Origin: Anolis carolinensis
Taxonomy: Eukaryota
Assembly: GCF_035594765.1 (NCBI RefSeq)
Contig: NC_085842.1
Location: 135,793,036-135,857,035, forward strand
Length of the DNA: 64,000 bases
Direction of reading: 5' to 3'
Part shown: positions 35,379 through 47,800 of the stretch, one piece after another
Numbering within the stretch: the stretch's first letter is position 1
Layout of the letters: the number at the start of each line of letters is the position of its first letter
The notes under the pieces: generated by a model
What the model saw: the letters and a program-made list of their open reading frames with translations, nothing else
What the model was told of the DNA's origin: nothing
Database searches by the model: none
Translations under genes and position numbers: made by a program

Positions 35379-36513
35379 TAAGTCCCAAGCTGAAGATTCT
35401 TGCCCACCTAGGATTTTTGTTATCGTTTCCAGATATTCAAAAAACACATTTTAATGCCAATTCCTAAATATTTTCAAATATTTTCCCACCCCTCGGATAC
35501 ATATGTAATAGGGAGGGGGCAGCAGAAGAAAAATTAATACCTGTTTGCAAATAGTATGTTCTGTTTGAACAGTCCTTTCTAGTAGGATCATGAAATATGG
35601 ATATTTTAAGGCTTGGACCAAAGTAAGCTGGAGAAAATTTCACTACAGATGTAAAAAAGAATGCAAGGTATCTTAAAAATTCAAGTTGTGTTAATGAGCA
35701 TCAGAAGTGCCTTCTTTGGCATAAGCCACATCTGCCTTAGAGTATATAATGTTTAGTTGTGCGGCTCTATGAAAATCCTACTGTGTCTCATGGTAACTAT
35801 AAAGTGTGCACGTTTGTTGCCAGCAGCCTGGTACTCCTTTGATCAATTTTTTTTTGCCTAAATAATGTTAATGAGAATATTATTTTTTGTCAGGGACATA
35901 ATCTTGAACACTAAGAAGCAAAAACATGCAGACATATATCTATATATACACTAGTTCATTGGCTGTTGTCCATGGTTACTGGAAACAGTTATGTATACCA
36001 GTACTTTCCTCTCTGACCATGTTCCACCCTTGTCAGAGAACAGGAGCTGCTTCATTTACTATGATGGGAAGACTATGACTCTTCCTAATCAAGGAAATGT
36101 CTAATTAACAGCTTCATAATTTTAGACTTTTCTAACAAGAATTTTCTTCGCAAAACTAGGAACTTAAAAAAATTATTATTTTGTTAGAGCTTTTTGTTAG
36201 AATGGCAAACTTTACATTAATTAAAAAAATAATCAGGGAACTTGCTTATTAGCCACAGGATGCCTGTGGTATTACCTACTATTGAAGAGTGGCTGGTGAA
36301 ACTAATTTAGCAGAAATTTGATTAGAGACTGGTACATCTCAAAGACTGGAAACCCCTTATTGATTTACTGAAGAAATCAGAAAAATGAATTAGTAATTTT
36401 TGGTTTTGAGAACTGAAAGGACTGATTATGGAAAAAAAAGAGAAGCACTAATGAAAAGATGTTTGTAAACATGCATGCATTTGCAGCTACGTGCTGTCCA
36501 GCAAGTTTCTTAC

Positions 36514-36594
36514 TTTTCAAAAGGCACATTCTTAACTCGTTGTCTGGAAGACGTAGTTCAACTTTCTTCCCAATTATCTTTGGCTCCTTTGAAA
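36514..36594 (-). CDS. TRIM65: TRIM65 exon 5 (81 nt)
   Basis: VSKEPKIIGKKVELRLPDNELRMCLLK; CAG acceptor and GTAAG donor; phase 1-1. Confidence 0.8.
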
Positions 36595-37442
36595 CTGCAG
36601 GTTGGAAATGAAAAAAAGAACAAAACATTCACTTACTTTCCAAAGAGTAAACAAGTCGATACCCCAAGAATAGTAGACAAGTCAGGAGTGGCTTCTAGAT
36701 GCCATATATGGAGACCAAAGCATTCTTATAGATTTCAGTCAAGAAGGAGAAGGAATTTCTGAGGGGAGAAGCAACAAGAGCCACATAAAACTCCAAAGAG
36801 CTTCTGTTTAGTGTATTAAAATATTTTTAAAGAGAAGAGTAGATAAAACAATTCCACATAGTCCCATTTTAATGTCATAAGGAACAGACATGCAGATGTT
36901 TCCAAGGAATATTACGGTCTGAAACAAGATGGTTTATGACTGCCTGCTTTTCCTAAACAACATCTCTGTTGTAAGGATATTTAATTAGTTCCCATATCAT
37001 GTTTCAGCTTTGCAATTCTCATCTGATGCTTGACTCTAGTGGTTTGAGTATTAAGACTGCAACTCTGGAACACGGTGTTTGAATCCCTTCTTAACCACGA
37101 AAACCCATTAGGTGACCTATCTCAAGTCACTATAGTTTGTCTTCGTATCCCCTTGTGTCAAATTACGATGTCTGTATTCTTACAGCAAGACCTGAGCCTA
37201 GACTAGAAGGGAAGCTTATCTCCTTACACATGAATGAGGCCAGGAAGAATGGGAGAGGACATGCAAGGGTGATGGTCTTACAATAGTCAATCATGGTTTG
37301 TTATTACCTTCAAAATGAATCTTATTTTTCTAGCAGAATATCTGGGATCATTTAAAAAAATTACCCAAGAGGAAGTCCTTTATGGATCAATGTAGGGGTG
37401 TGGGGTGGGATTGGAAAACAGATATTTTCCTGATATACTAAA

Positions 37443-37771
37443 GTAAAGGGAAATGTTTCCCCTTGACATTAAGTCTGGTTGTGTCCGACTCTGTGGTGTG
37501 GTGCTCATCTCCATTCCCAAGCCGAAGAGTTGGCATTGTCCGTAGACACTTCCAAGGTCATGGGACCGGCATAACTGCATGGAGTGCTGTTACCTTCCTG
37601 CCGAAGCGGTACCTATTGATCTACTCACATTTGCATGTTTTTGAACTGCTAAGTTGGCAGAAACTGGCACTAACAGCGGGAATTCACCCCGCTCCCTGGA
37701 TTCGAACCACTGACCTTTCAGTCAGCAAGTTCAGCTGCTCAACAGTTTAATCCGCTGCGCCACCAGGGGCT
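37443..37771 (-). mobile_element. Sauria SINE
   Basis: Full body; TSD ATATACTAAA. Confidence 0.85.
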
Positions 37772-38210
37772 ATATACTAAACCAGGCCATTATTCTGTTT
37801 TACTTGCAATTTGCAAATCTATGACAGAATAAATTGACTGAGAACATGAAGCATGCACAAAGGACAAGAAAAAGAGAAGGGAGCAGATAAAGCTGCTTAT
37901 CTTGGCTCCCCAAGCATGGAGCCTGGTGAGCGAAAAAGTCACTCCTAGATGCTTTTCTGGAAAAAGCTTCATGTGGTCTTCAGAAATGTCAAAATGTTTT
38001 TTGTTTACATCTGCAAGGCTTACCTGATCTGGTTGTTTTATTTTATTTCATATCTGCATATAGTTTTGAATAAAAAGACTGCTGAAATATGTTTAGCTGC
38101 TGTACTTTTGTGATGTAGGGACTATCCCTGTTATTTCGGCCTCTGGTGCCAAACATCCAGTCAAATACATAATGCCTAGGAAAACATCTACTTCTTTAAT
38201 TGAAATATAC

Positions 38211-38367
38211 CTGTACTTTTTATGTCAGCCACTGGTGGTGTAGCTTCTTGCAAAAGCTTGTTGATTTCATTGAGGAATTGAGTGGTGGTGAGGACACTGG
38301 TGGCCAAATCAAATACAAGAGGTGGAAGAATTTCTGAGTTGCCAGGAGGAGGAAGATATGGCAGTTC
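38211..38367 (-). CDS. TRIM65: TRIM65 exon 4 (157 nt)
   Basis: ELPYLPPPGNSEILPPLVFD...; TAG acceptor, CAG|GTAT donor; phase 0-1. Confidence 0.82.
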
Positions 38368-38872
38368 CTACAAGGATGAAAACAGAAGAATCACAAAGTT
38401 TGACTGGTATGTAACAGTAGATCCTAGAAATCTCATTTTTCTTGGCCTAGTGGATTTCTATGATCCTTTTATCCCTCACCCTGGTTCTCTAATAAGAATC
38501 ACATCAGCTGATAGCCTTTTAACTCTTGATATATCATATTTCATTGCATAATACTCACACTGCATATATTTCACTGCATACAAGTCAAACTCCCATTTTT
38601 GTGTGGCAAAATTAGCATTTTTGCTGTTCCTCACATAACAGTCACACCTTGCCCCTTGGAGCTACGTAATAGTGCATGACTATTATGCAGTAAATACGAC
38701 CACTCTCGTTCTGGTAAATTGTTTTAGATCTGTTCAGCTGTTGTATCCACATTCCTCTTTCTCATGGTGCTTCCAGATAAAGCTTTGGTTGTATGGTCAC
38801 CCTGTCCCCTTTCATATTACAGCGGGCTCTTAGTATCCTCTGTGGTTTGATTTAAGGAACTCCTGTGGATAC

Positions 38873-39497
38873 TGTTAGAAATAGCAACCTTTTGAAGCCT
38901 CCAGTAGTTATTTGTTATGTATATAATTGTTTACTGTGTGTATGTGTGTCTATTGGTGTGGAATTTTACCTTAACTCTTTGTTGTGGGAGGGGCTGCAGA
39001 CCATGTGATCAGAACTGGGCTTGTTCAGGGCTCAGACTCCATTTTAGGAACAGTTCAGTTTAGACTTCAGTAGGAACAGTATGCTTAGAGACTTCATTGG
39101 ACTTTCAGACTAGACAGAGACGACTAGACTCTCACAACAGAGAAGCTTTAGACTTTGATTATGAGAAAGATGCCCTGTGTTATCTACACAGAGAAACTAC
39201 TTCAAATCTACTTGTAACTGGATTGATAAGCAAAGTACCTATGTTCTGAATGCATGAAGTTTGTGAGCAAATCAACTATATTACCTTTAAATAATTATGC
39301 TTATGTTTGTCTCTTGAAAGCATGATTTAAAGGCAAATATATTTTAAGGGAGAGTAGATGTTGTTGGACAACTAAAAATAACACTTCTGAAATTCTGCTG
39401 TTAATGCCATTTTTCCCAAAAAGGACATGACTATAAAAGGTCATGCTTTTACCAAGAGGTTACGGCATCATTTTTCAAAAGGTTGTGACTTCTAACA
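38873..39497. mobile_element. Possible solo LTR inserted in a Tigger-like element
   Basis: TGTTAGAA...TTCTAACA inverted ends; no clear TSD, so boundary uncertain. Confidence 0.35.
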
Positions 39498-40152
39498 AGA
39501 TTATGCCTTCCCAAAGATCATAAAATCTCCAAAAGGGTTATGGAGATTTCCATTTTCCAAAAGATATCCACCTCTTGTGGATAACAAATCCTACTATATA
39601 CAACAGAGTAGTAAAATGACATCCCTTATATGAAATGGCAAATAACTCAAAACAAGTGTTAGAGAGAACCCAAGGACCTATGAAATTGCAGGAGCTACAG
39701 CAGGATATGCTTATATATCAGTGCAGTGCTTGTTGTGCAGAAAATCAAGCTGTGCTTTTTGGATCCCCCCCACACACACACACACACATTTTTAAGCAGT
39801 GATACTATTTGGTGGCATCACTAGAGTTGGTGTCAAACAGTGTGATAACTCATAGTGTCAAATCTGTAGACCTCCTTCCAAACCAGGCATTACCATAACA
39901 TTGTAGCTAAAATTCCAGAAATTTGGCAAAATCAGTGTCTATAAAAAACTACCAGCAACAAAACCAACAATGCATGCTTGGAGCACATGTGATTTTCTGC
40001 ACAAGTGTAATTGCTACTATGGGTAGCTAGTGAGTACGGCAACATTAGACTATACCCTCCTTGAAAGATTTTTTTTTCTGATTGAATTCTACTTAGTGGA
40101 ATTCCCCTCTGAACTTGCTTTGCTTCAGTCTTCCCCTTCTGCAGGGTGCAAG

Positions 40153-40436
40153 CAGAGCCGGTCCAACAATAAGGCGAATTAAGCAGTCGCCTGGGGCGCA
40201 AAACATATGGGGTGCAGTCGAGACTGCTTTTTCTGTTGATTTGTTGTAAAACATGATGTTTTGGTGCTTAATTTGTAAAATCTTAATGTAATTTGATGTT
40301 TAATAGACTTTTCCTTAATCCTTCCTTATTATCCAACATTTTCACTTATCCAACGCTTTTATTTTTCAGTGATTGGTTTGGGGGGGTGCCAAAATTCTGT
40401 TCGCCTACACTTGAAAAATACCTAGGGCCAGCTCTG
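40153..40436. mobile_element. hAT MITE containing a captured Tc1/mariner-MITE fragment
   Basis: TIR CAGAGCCGGTCC...GGGCCAGCTCTG; perfect 8-bp TSD GGTGCAAG. Confidence 0.8.
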
Positions 40437-41183
40437 GGTGCAAGACTCACATTAAACCTTGCTGACCACTGCTCCCAGCTAATACTGCTTTTCTTTCTAG
40501 CTGACATGGCTAGAAAAGAGCTTACACAAAGGTCCCACAGACAGATCACATGAATGAAACTTCTTTTCCAATCTCAGCAGCCTACTATAGATGTCACAAA
40601 AGACATGTATCATTGCTGTTCTAGCCTTCAACAAATATCAACCTTCTGAAGTGTATATTCAAGCAGAGATAGACCACCTGTGTTTGCAAATATAACTCGA
40701 AAATCTCTTTATCAGGGCTGAGCAATCTGTTATGTGAGGAAGAATTTACTTCTGCCCCCAAAAAACAGTCAGCAATTTTGATCCTGCCCACTATCAAAGT
40801 GGTTTGGGAAAGGTGACCCTTAGAAGATCCAGCCACCAAAAATTACACTAAATCATGTATGCACAACTTGCAAATATAAGTATCTCCAAACATTGGTGGC
40901 CTTAAATATTTATTAAATAAATTAAATATTAAAGGGTTCAAAGCCTAGTGGAGACATCTCATATCCAAGTGTCTGATAATCTGGGATTAGTTTTGCTAAA
41001 CATTCCAGTTCCATTATTTCCAGTTCATCATTAAACTTCTAATAGCTATGAACAGTCAAGAGCACTAGTTAAGTGTGATCTAAAAGGTTCAGAGAAACTA
41101 GCAAATGTGAGGAAGAAGGGAAAGCCAGCACCCAAGTGCTGTGAGTACCTTGTGAAACATGGGAGGTGGTGGTCTGTCTAAAC

Positions 41184-41318
41184 TAGTTGTTTTCAACCTG
41201 GGGTCCCCAGATGCTTTTGGCCTTCAACTCCCAGAAATCCTAACAGCTGGTAAATTGGTTGGGATTTTTGGGAGTTGTAAACCAACGACATCTGGGGACC
41301 CCTGGTTGAGAACCACTG
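41184..41318. mobile_element. Palindromic hAT MITE
   Basis: Same family as 26777-26911; perfect TSD GTCTAAAC. Confidence 0.85.
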
Positions 41319-41952
41319 GTCTAAACCATCATGGACAAAATGCATGCTCTTATCGTTGTCCACTAATAAGATCTGAAGCACAGCTTCTCTGAACAAAACA
41401 TCTAAGATTATGAGAAATGCCTTGCTGGATGTCTAAGGGTAGCCAGATATGTATATGCCACTCAACGTTTACCCTAGCATGATTGCAATTGACTGTTGCC
41501 TGCCAGCTCTTGCCACAAAATTCTGCAGACCAGAGAAGCAAGGATTAATTTATTAGCTTTTTCCTTTCCTCCTAAAATAGAAAAATGTGAATTTTTCACT
41601 TCTTAAAGGAGATGGTGTATTGATCCAAACATTACGCCTACACAGCTTTTTTCCGGGCAACTGGGAGGAAGGAAAAATAATTAGAAAATGGGATCAACAA
41701 AACTAGACCGATGACAAGACAGCTGATTTTGGATGTCAAGAAAGGATAGGAAGTCAGAATCTCTTGAAATGTATTAATATTGCATTTTTACTGTTGGGGA
41801 GGGAGACTATACTGTTGGGGAGGGAGACTATCATTTTCTGAATAAATCTTGCTAAGAAAACACTAGGATAGGTTTGCTGTAAGTCAGAGTTGACTTGAAG
41901 GCTGGTATCAAGAATAAAAAATGGGTTTACTTCTGCTGACAGTTTGATATTA

Positions 41953-42273
41953 CAGTAGAGTCTCACTTATCCAACATAAACAGGCTGGCAGAACGTTGGA
42001 TAAGCGAATATGTTGGATAATAAGGAGAGATTAAGAAAAAGCCTATTAAACATCAAAATAGGCTATGATTTTACAAATTAAGCACCAAAACATCATGTTA
42101 TACAACAAATCTGACAGAAAAAGTAGTTCAATACGCAGTAGTTATGTTGTAATTACTGTATTTACAAATTTAGCACCAAAATATCACGATATATTGAAAA
42201 CATTGACTACAGAAATGCGTTGGATAATCCAGAACGTTGGATAAGCGAGTGTTGGATAAGTGAGACTCTACTG
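41953..42273. mobile_element. Tc1/mariner-superfamily MITE
   Basis: Perfect TIR CAGTAGAGTCTCACTTATCCAAC; TA target duplication. Confidence 0.88.
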
Positions 42274-42575
42274 TAGTTTATTCATAACATGTTTCTAACC
42301 ATATGTGGTTTTAATTATATTTTTTATTCTATAAACTGCCTTGGGGAAAAGGCAAGATATTTTAAAAGTATGATTAATGCATTAGTTGCTGTTGTCTTCA
42401 TATCCTGTTACTAAACCTTCCCAGAGACCTACCTACCTGGTTGGCCACTGGGAAATGAACTTTGAAACAAAAGGATCTTTCACTTGACTCACCTGAAGCG
42501 TTTCTTATGCTCTATTCTTAACTAACAAGACTAGCTCGCACTAAGGTACTCAGGTACCATGAATATATCACACAC

Positions 42576-42809
42576 CTCCAGAAACTTGACATTATCAGCA
42601 CAGGTGAGCAGCTCTTTGGCCTTCTTATCGTGTTCAGCAAGAACCTCCAACTGGTGCTGCAGCCGATTCCAGCTCTCCTCCAACTGGCCGAGCGCAAGAG
42701 CCTGCTCGCTTTCAATTCTCTCCACGGCCTTCCTTTGGCATCCTTTTAGGGCTTCCATAATATGGCAAAACTTTTGCAAAATCTTTGATTTGAATTGCTG
42801 TGAAGAATC
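42576..42809 (-). CDS. TRIM65: TRIM65 exon 3 (234 nt, coiled coil)
   Basis: DSSQQFKSKILQKF...DNVKFLE; polypyrimidine-CAG acceptor, GAG|GTGTG donor. Confidence 0.9.
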
Positions 42810-43138
42810 CTGCATGAAAAAGAAGGAAAATGAAATGAAGAGGAGTGAGGGGTACTTACTACAGATGCAAAAGCTGTTTCCTTCATCACATTTTAAGTCA
42901 TCATTTGGTCTTTTCAGTATTGGGGGAGATGATGCATTAGGAAAAAAATAGACATTGGACATAGGAAGAGAGGGTGACCCCCCCCCCCCATCTTAAAGGT
43001 GAGGGAGAGATGGAGAAAGCTCATTTGCTCATTCAGCATCTGCAGTTTTTGTAATGAATGCTGCCAGTTCAGAGAGATAGTGATTTTTTTTTTAATTGGA
43101 GGCACCTGCCTCATGGTGGGGGTACCTGCAGATTGTAC

Positions 43139-43234
43139 CTTAACTGCAGCTATCTGTTGCTCCACTTTCTGGATTTCTTCTCCAATCCTTTTTGCCTCCT
43201 TCTGGGTTTCCTCCAGTGTTTTTCTCACAGACTC
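43139..43234 (-). CDS. TRIM65: TRIM65 exon 2 (96 nt)
   Basis: ESVRKTLEETQKEAKRIGEEIQKVEQQIAAVK; canonical 96-nt TRIM exon. Confidence 0.9.
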
Positions 43235-43559
43235 CTGCCAAATAATCCAAAAACATTTAAGTATGCAAAGATGTTAGCCTTGCTAAATTTCATCTACTCC
43301 GTCTCCCATCACAAGAAGTTGGCCAATTCTCTTAAGACATTTTATGCCTGAATTCCAAGGGTCCTTTGGTTGTATACCATAGAAGTACATGGCATCAGGG
43401 ATTTGACGAGAACATTGTTCTCACTGGTTATGATCAATATGAAGTGACCAAGATCCAGAAAGTGGAAGTAATTTCAGGAAGCCACATTTGGTCACCAGAG
43501 ATGTCATATGATCACATGTTGAGCCAAACAACTTGAGTTCATCTTTCAATATGGTAAAC

Positions 43560-43816
43560 AGGAGTTGTGGTGGTGCAATGGGTTAAATCCTTGTATCAGC
43601 TGAACTGCTGACCTGAAGATTGGCGGTTCAAATCTGCGAGATGGGTGAGCTTCCGTCTGTCAGTCCCAGCTTCTCATGCAGGGACATGAGAGAAGCCTCC
43701 CACAGAATAGTAACACATCTGGGCATTTCCTGGGCAACGTCTCTGTAGACGGCCGATTTTCACACACCCGAAGCGACTTGCAGTATATTCTCAATTCGCT
43801 TCTGACATGATAAAAA
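43560..43816 (+). mobile_element. Anolis SINE2-type SINE
   Basis: Homology to 29706 and 31088 copies; TSD AATATGGT(A/G)AAC. Confidence 0.78.
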
Positions 43817-43857
43817 AATATGGTGAACTATCTCAGTAGATAAGCTGTATAGATTAT

Positions 43858-44191
43858 TAGGTAAAGGTAAAGGTTTTCCCCTGACATTAAGTCTAGTCAT
43901 GTCCAACTCTGGGGGTTGATGCTCATCTCCATTTCTAAGCCGAAGAGCCAGCGTTGTCCATAGACACCTCCAAAGTCATGTGGCCGGTATGACTGCATGG
44001 AGCACCGTTACCTTCCCACCGGAGCGGTACCTATTGACCTACTCACATTTGCATGTTTTCAAACTGCTAGGTTGGCAGAAGCTGAGGCTAACCGCGGGAG
44101 CTCACTATGATCCCTGGATTCAAACTGGTGACCTTTTGGTCAGCAAGTCCAGCAGCATAGCACTTTAATCCGCTGCGCCACCGGGAGCTCC
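43858..44191 (-). mobile_element. Sauria SINE
   Basis: Full body; TSD TATAGATTAT. Confidence 0.88.
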
Positions 44192-45184
44192 TATAGATTA
44201 TGAACTTGGGTCAAACTGATGTCTGCAATCATGGATTGATGTTTGGATCAAGGATTTGTCAGGAATATTCACAATAAGCCTTGACTGAACCTTTAAAAAT
44301 GCCATTCAGATCTCTTTATTGCTTGTTATTATATATTAATGCTACAAAGTTGCTTCTGTCTTATAATTATTCATAACTGCAAATAACATTTGTAACATTG
44401 CTGAGTTTTGCTAAAATGCCTGGCACAGCCCTCATGAGACTACAATTCATGGGGTTTTCTGTCAAGGCAGAAAAACTGTTAAATATAAGGCTGCCACACA
44501 CTTGTGTCCTCCACAATTTGTGCAGGCATTTGCCAGATTATATTTGAAGCAAACTGAAATTTTCTCTGTGCAAAAAAAACTATAATTGGGGAAGCTATAT
44601 TTCCCAGCTGGTTTCGAGGTGATATGTTTGGAATGTACTAAGACTGCATCTCTCTCAAAGCAGTTTGAAGAGTGTTGAGTCAGACATATCCACATTTTAG
44701 GCCTAGTTATCCCCAGCAATTTGAGTAATCATGCTTTCAAAGAAGAAGCCCTGTTAGTCTCTTGCATCAAAAAAGGAGGGAGCAGGAGAAAAAGAAATGT
44801 GGCCAACCTTTAAGATGAACCAATTTTTAATGTGGGCTTTAAACGATATAAATCCACTTCTTGAAACCTAGTACCTCAGAGTTGAGGACTGCATTTATCC
44901 ACAAAGGTTCATGCAAAAATAATAGTTAAAAACAGTTAAAGGTGTTGTCCTTTTTGTCTCCCCATCCGTTCCTCCTTTTTAATGGAACAATGAAGAGCAT
45001 GTAGAACAGATTTTAAAACTGGAACCATGAAGATAGGCTAGCAAACATGGTGTGGGTATGTGAAATAAGGTGTGGGCATTTGGAAAATAAGGTCTGAATC
45101 CCCTGGAGAGTTAGGCATCCCTAACATACAGAGAGAAATGTGGAGTTGGGGCCACCTGTATGAGTAGCCATCAAAGCGAAAAGT

Positions 45185-45375
45185 GGGTTGCTGTGCGTTT
45201 TTCGGGCTGTATAGCCACGTTCCAGAAGCATTATCTCCTGACGTTTCGCCCACATCTATGGCAGGCATCCATAGATGTGGTCAAAATGTCAGGAGAGAAT
45301 GCTTCTCGAACATGGCCATACAGCCCAGAAAACTCACAGCAATCCAGTGAGTCCAGCCATAAAAGCCTTTGACAG
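45185..45375. mobile_element. Penelope terminal fragments arranged as a fold-back
   Basis: Arms 45185-45261 and 45269-45345 are reverse complements. Confidence 0.75.
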
Positions 45376-45668
45376 CTAATAGTACTTTCAACTTTTTATT
45401 CGCAAATAAGCAAACACAGCTGAGTTTAGGACCCATTCCTCTCTGGCCTGAGGGAGGAAACCAAAGGGACATTGGGGGTGGGGGTGGCTTTGTCTATTCT
45501 TCCACCTCCTTTCCATGCATGCAATCCTAGACAAGTCAAAGCCAGCTTAGGTTTCAGCAGCACGTTTATCTCATTTTCTATGTGGCTGGTTCCAGAAAGG
45601 CTCTATGTGCAAATCTTTAGAGATGCAAGCCCTCCTCCTCCTTGACCACCCTGCTCCAGCTTGCTTAC

Positions 45669-46115
45669 ATCCTTAATTTTCCTCTCCTCCTCAAAGAGCA
45701 CTCTGCCGTGGTCCCGGCACTCCTTGACGGTGCACTCACAGCAGATGCCCCGCTTCTCATTCTTGCAGTAGAGCTCCAAGGGCCAGCCGTGCCTTGGGCA
45801 TCTCTTCCTTTGCACAGTGGTGCCCAGCTCTGTGCCGGGGGCCTGCTGTGTGTCTCCTTGCCTGAGCAGCTCCACCAGGCTGTCCAACTGAACTGTCTTG
45901 CTCAGTTCTGGCCTCTCAGGGAAATCTTTCCGGCATTCAGGACAAAAATATACTTTCTGTTCTGTGGGTCCTTGTGCTTCCTTGTCCCAGTAGCTATTGA
46001 TGCACTTCTCACAGAAACTGTGTCCACAGGGTGTAGTCACAGGGGCAGTAAACATCTCTAAACAAATGCAGCATGTTAGCTTATCCTCCAGCTTCTGTGA
46101 GCCCCCAGATGCCAT
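45669..46115 (-). CDS. TRIM65: TRIM65 exon 1 (RING and single B-box 2)
   Basis: MASGGSQKLEDKLTCCICLEMF...CGHSFC...CPECR; CPRHGWPLELYC...CCECTVKECRDH; GAT|GTAAG donor; exons total 1641 nt = 546 aa + stop; lies between TRIM47 and MRPL38. Confidence 0.92.
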
Positions 46116-46147
46116 TTTCTTCTGAGCAAGAGCAAGAACTGGAATGA

Positions 46148-46160
46148 GAAAATGAAACTA
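46148..46160. promoter_or_regulatory. Consensus ISRE/IRF element 33-45 bp upstream of the TRIM65 ATG
   Basis: GAAAATGAAACTA matches GAAANNGAAACT. Confidence 0.55.
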
Positions 46161-46990
46161 AGCTCAAAAAGTGCCCACAGTTGCAACAGGAGGGCTGGGC
46201 TTCCCTTCTGACTCTCTGCCAACTTGCTTCTTAAAGAGACAAGTGGAACAGGAAGGTTGAGTGCAACTCCTGCCCATAAATGAGGAAAGGAGCTGTAGTT
46301 TCTGGCACAAGATTTCTCTCCAACCCTGGTTGAAAAGTAGTTTTAAAACTACAACCACCACCTATTTTGGAAAAGGACACAGGCTTCCTGATGCTAGGCT
46401 TTCAGCTAATTTTAAGATTCACTAGTTTGCTTTGCTTTCCAATACCAAATGGCATGGAACCAGCAACCCGGGATTTGTGTCCTCCTAGCTTCTCCGAATT
46501 TGTGCTCTGTTCAAGAGCTTCTTTGATCCTTCTCACAACAGAGACATGTATGGTGTTATTAGTTTCCCAAAAAAGTCTGGCCCTTTCCCAGTCCAATTTG
46601 AATCTGTCATATTCCAGTAGTTACAGTTGACCTTTGGTATCTGCTGGTGTTTTGATTTTAGGATGCCATATGATGCCAAAATTTGTGGATGGATGCTCAA
46701 GTTCCATTATGTAAAACAGCATAGCAAAATGGTGGTCCTCATAAAAAAGGCAAAATCAAGGTTTGCTTTTTGGAATTTGTTAAAACATTTGTTTCCAAGC
46801 TATGAACATGTGGGTACAGTGAACTGACTATTTTTTTAAACCTAGTCATAGCTTTGGGTGCTATCTGATCTTGTTTGCAATTTCCCAATAATGGTTTTGT
46901 GATACCCTTTTTAAAATGTTCATGGATTTATTCTTGTATTTGCATTTCAATGGTTTTTGAAAGCTTGCTGGGGATGTTTTCAAACTGTAT

Positions 46991-47398
46991 ACTGGCAGTT
47001 CCCAAGTTACAAACAAAGTTCTGTGGGTTTGATCTTAAGTTGAATTTTTATGCAAGTTGGAACCAGTACATTTTTATCTGTAACTCCAGCAATATATATC
47101 TATATAGCTTTGGTTAGCACAGGGAGGCTTCACATCCCTGTAGTGTTTGTTTTGCTTCTCTCTGCCCCTGTTCAGATTTCGCCACGCTTTCTTTCCTTGT
47201 CTAAACTGGATTTTGAAAAATGTGGCTTGTCATGAAAACAAGGATTGTGAGAAAGCTTTATTATCTCCATGATAATAACTCTTTCAGGAGTGAATTTCCT
47301 TTCGTAGGGGCAAATTTTTCTCATTTCCTGTTGTCTCACCTCTATTTGTAACTATGAGTCATTTGTAAGTCGGATGTTTGTAACTCTGGGCTGTCTGT
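46991..47398. mobile_element. Tigger/pogo-like MITE; related copy at ~32930-33270
   Basis: Degenerate TIRs (CTGGCAGTTCCCAAGTTACAAAC / GTTTGTAACTCTGGGCTGTCTG) flanked by TA. Confidence 0.55.
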
Positions 47399-47800
47399 AC
47401 AGTGATATCAAATAATAAATGAAGTATAAGTAAATCAATCCGAATCACCATTTAAGACCCTTCATGGTTTTACCCAAGGCAGCGAATCTTTTATACTTAA
47501 AAAAAAAATCAGATGTGAACTATTCTCTCTGTGATTATTGGAGCTTTGCTTTCTTTTGCACACACTGGCTATTCCATCTCATTGTAGTCACAATATGAGT
47601 TGGCTTTTCTTCATGTCGTCCAGCAAATAAAAACAACAGCTTTAAATGTAACTATAATATGATCGCACATAATTATATTACCTCACTTGCAGTCCAGTAT
47701 ACCATAGATATCCTCTCTAGATATTTGCAAGGTCTTCCAATGCAACACTGTGGCTACTTTTGGAGGAAGCATACCATAGAATCACCTGGAGGATCTAGAG

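Noticed and set aside
36637-36758. Exon-like segment with strong acceptor and GTAAGT donor in TRIM65 intron 4
   Set aside because: Stops in all frames and would leave only a ~42-nt intron before exon 5
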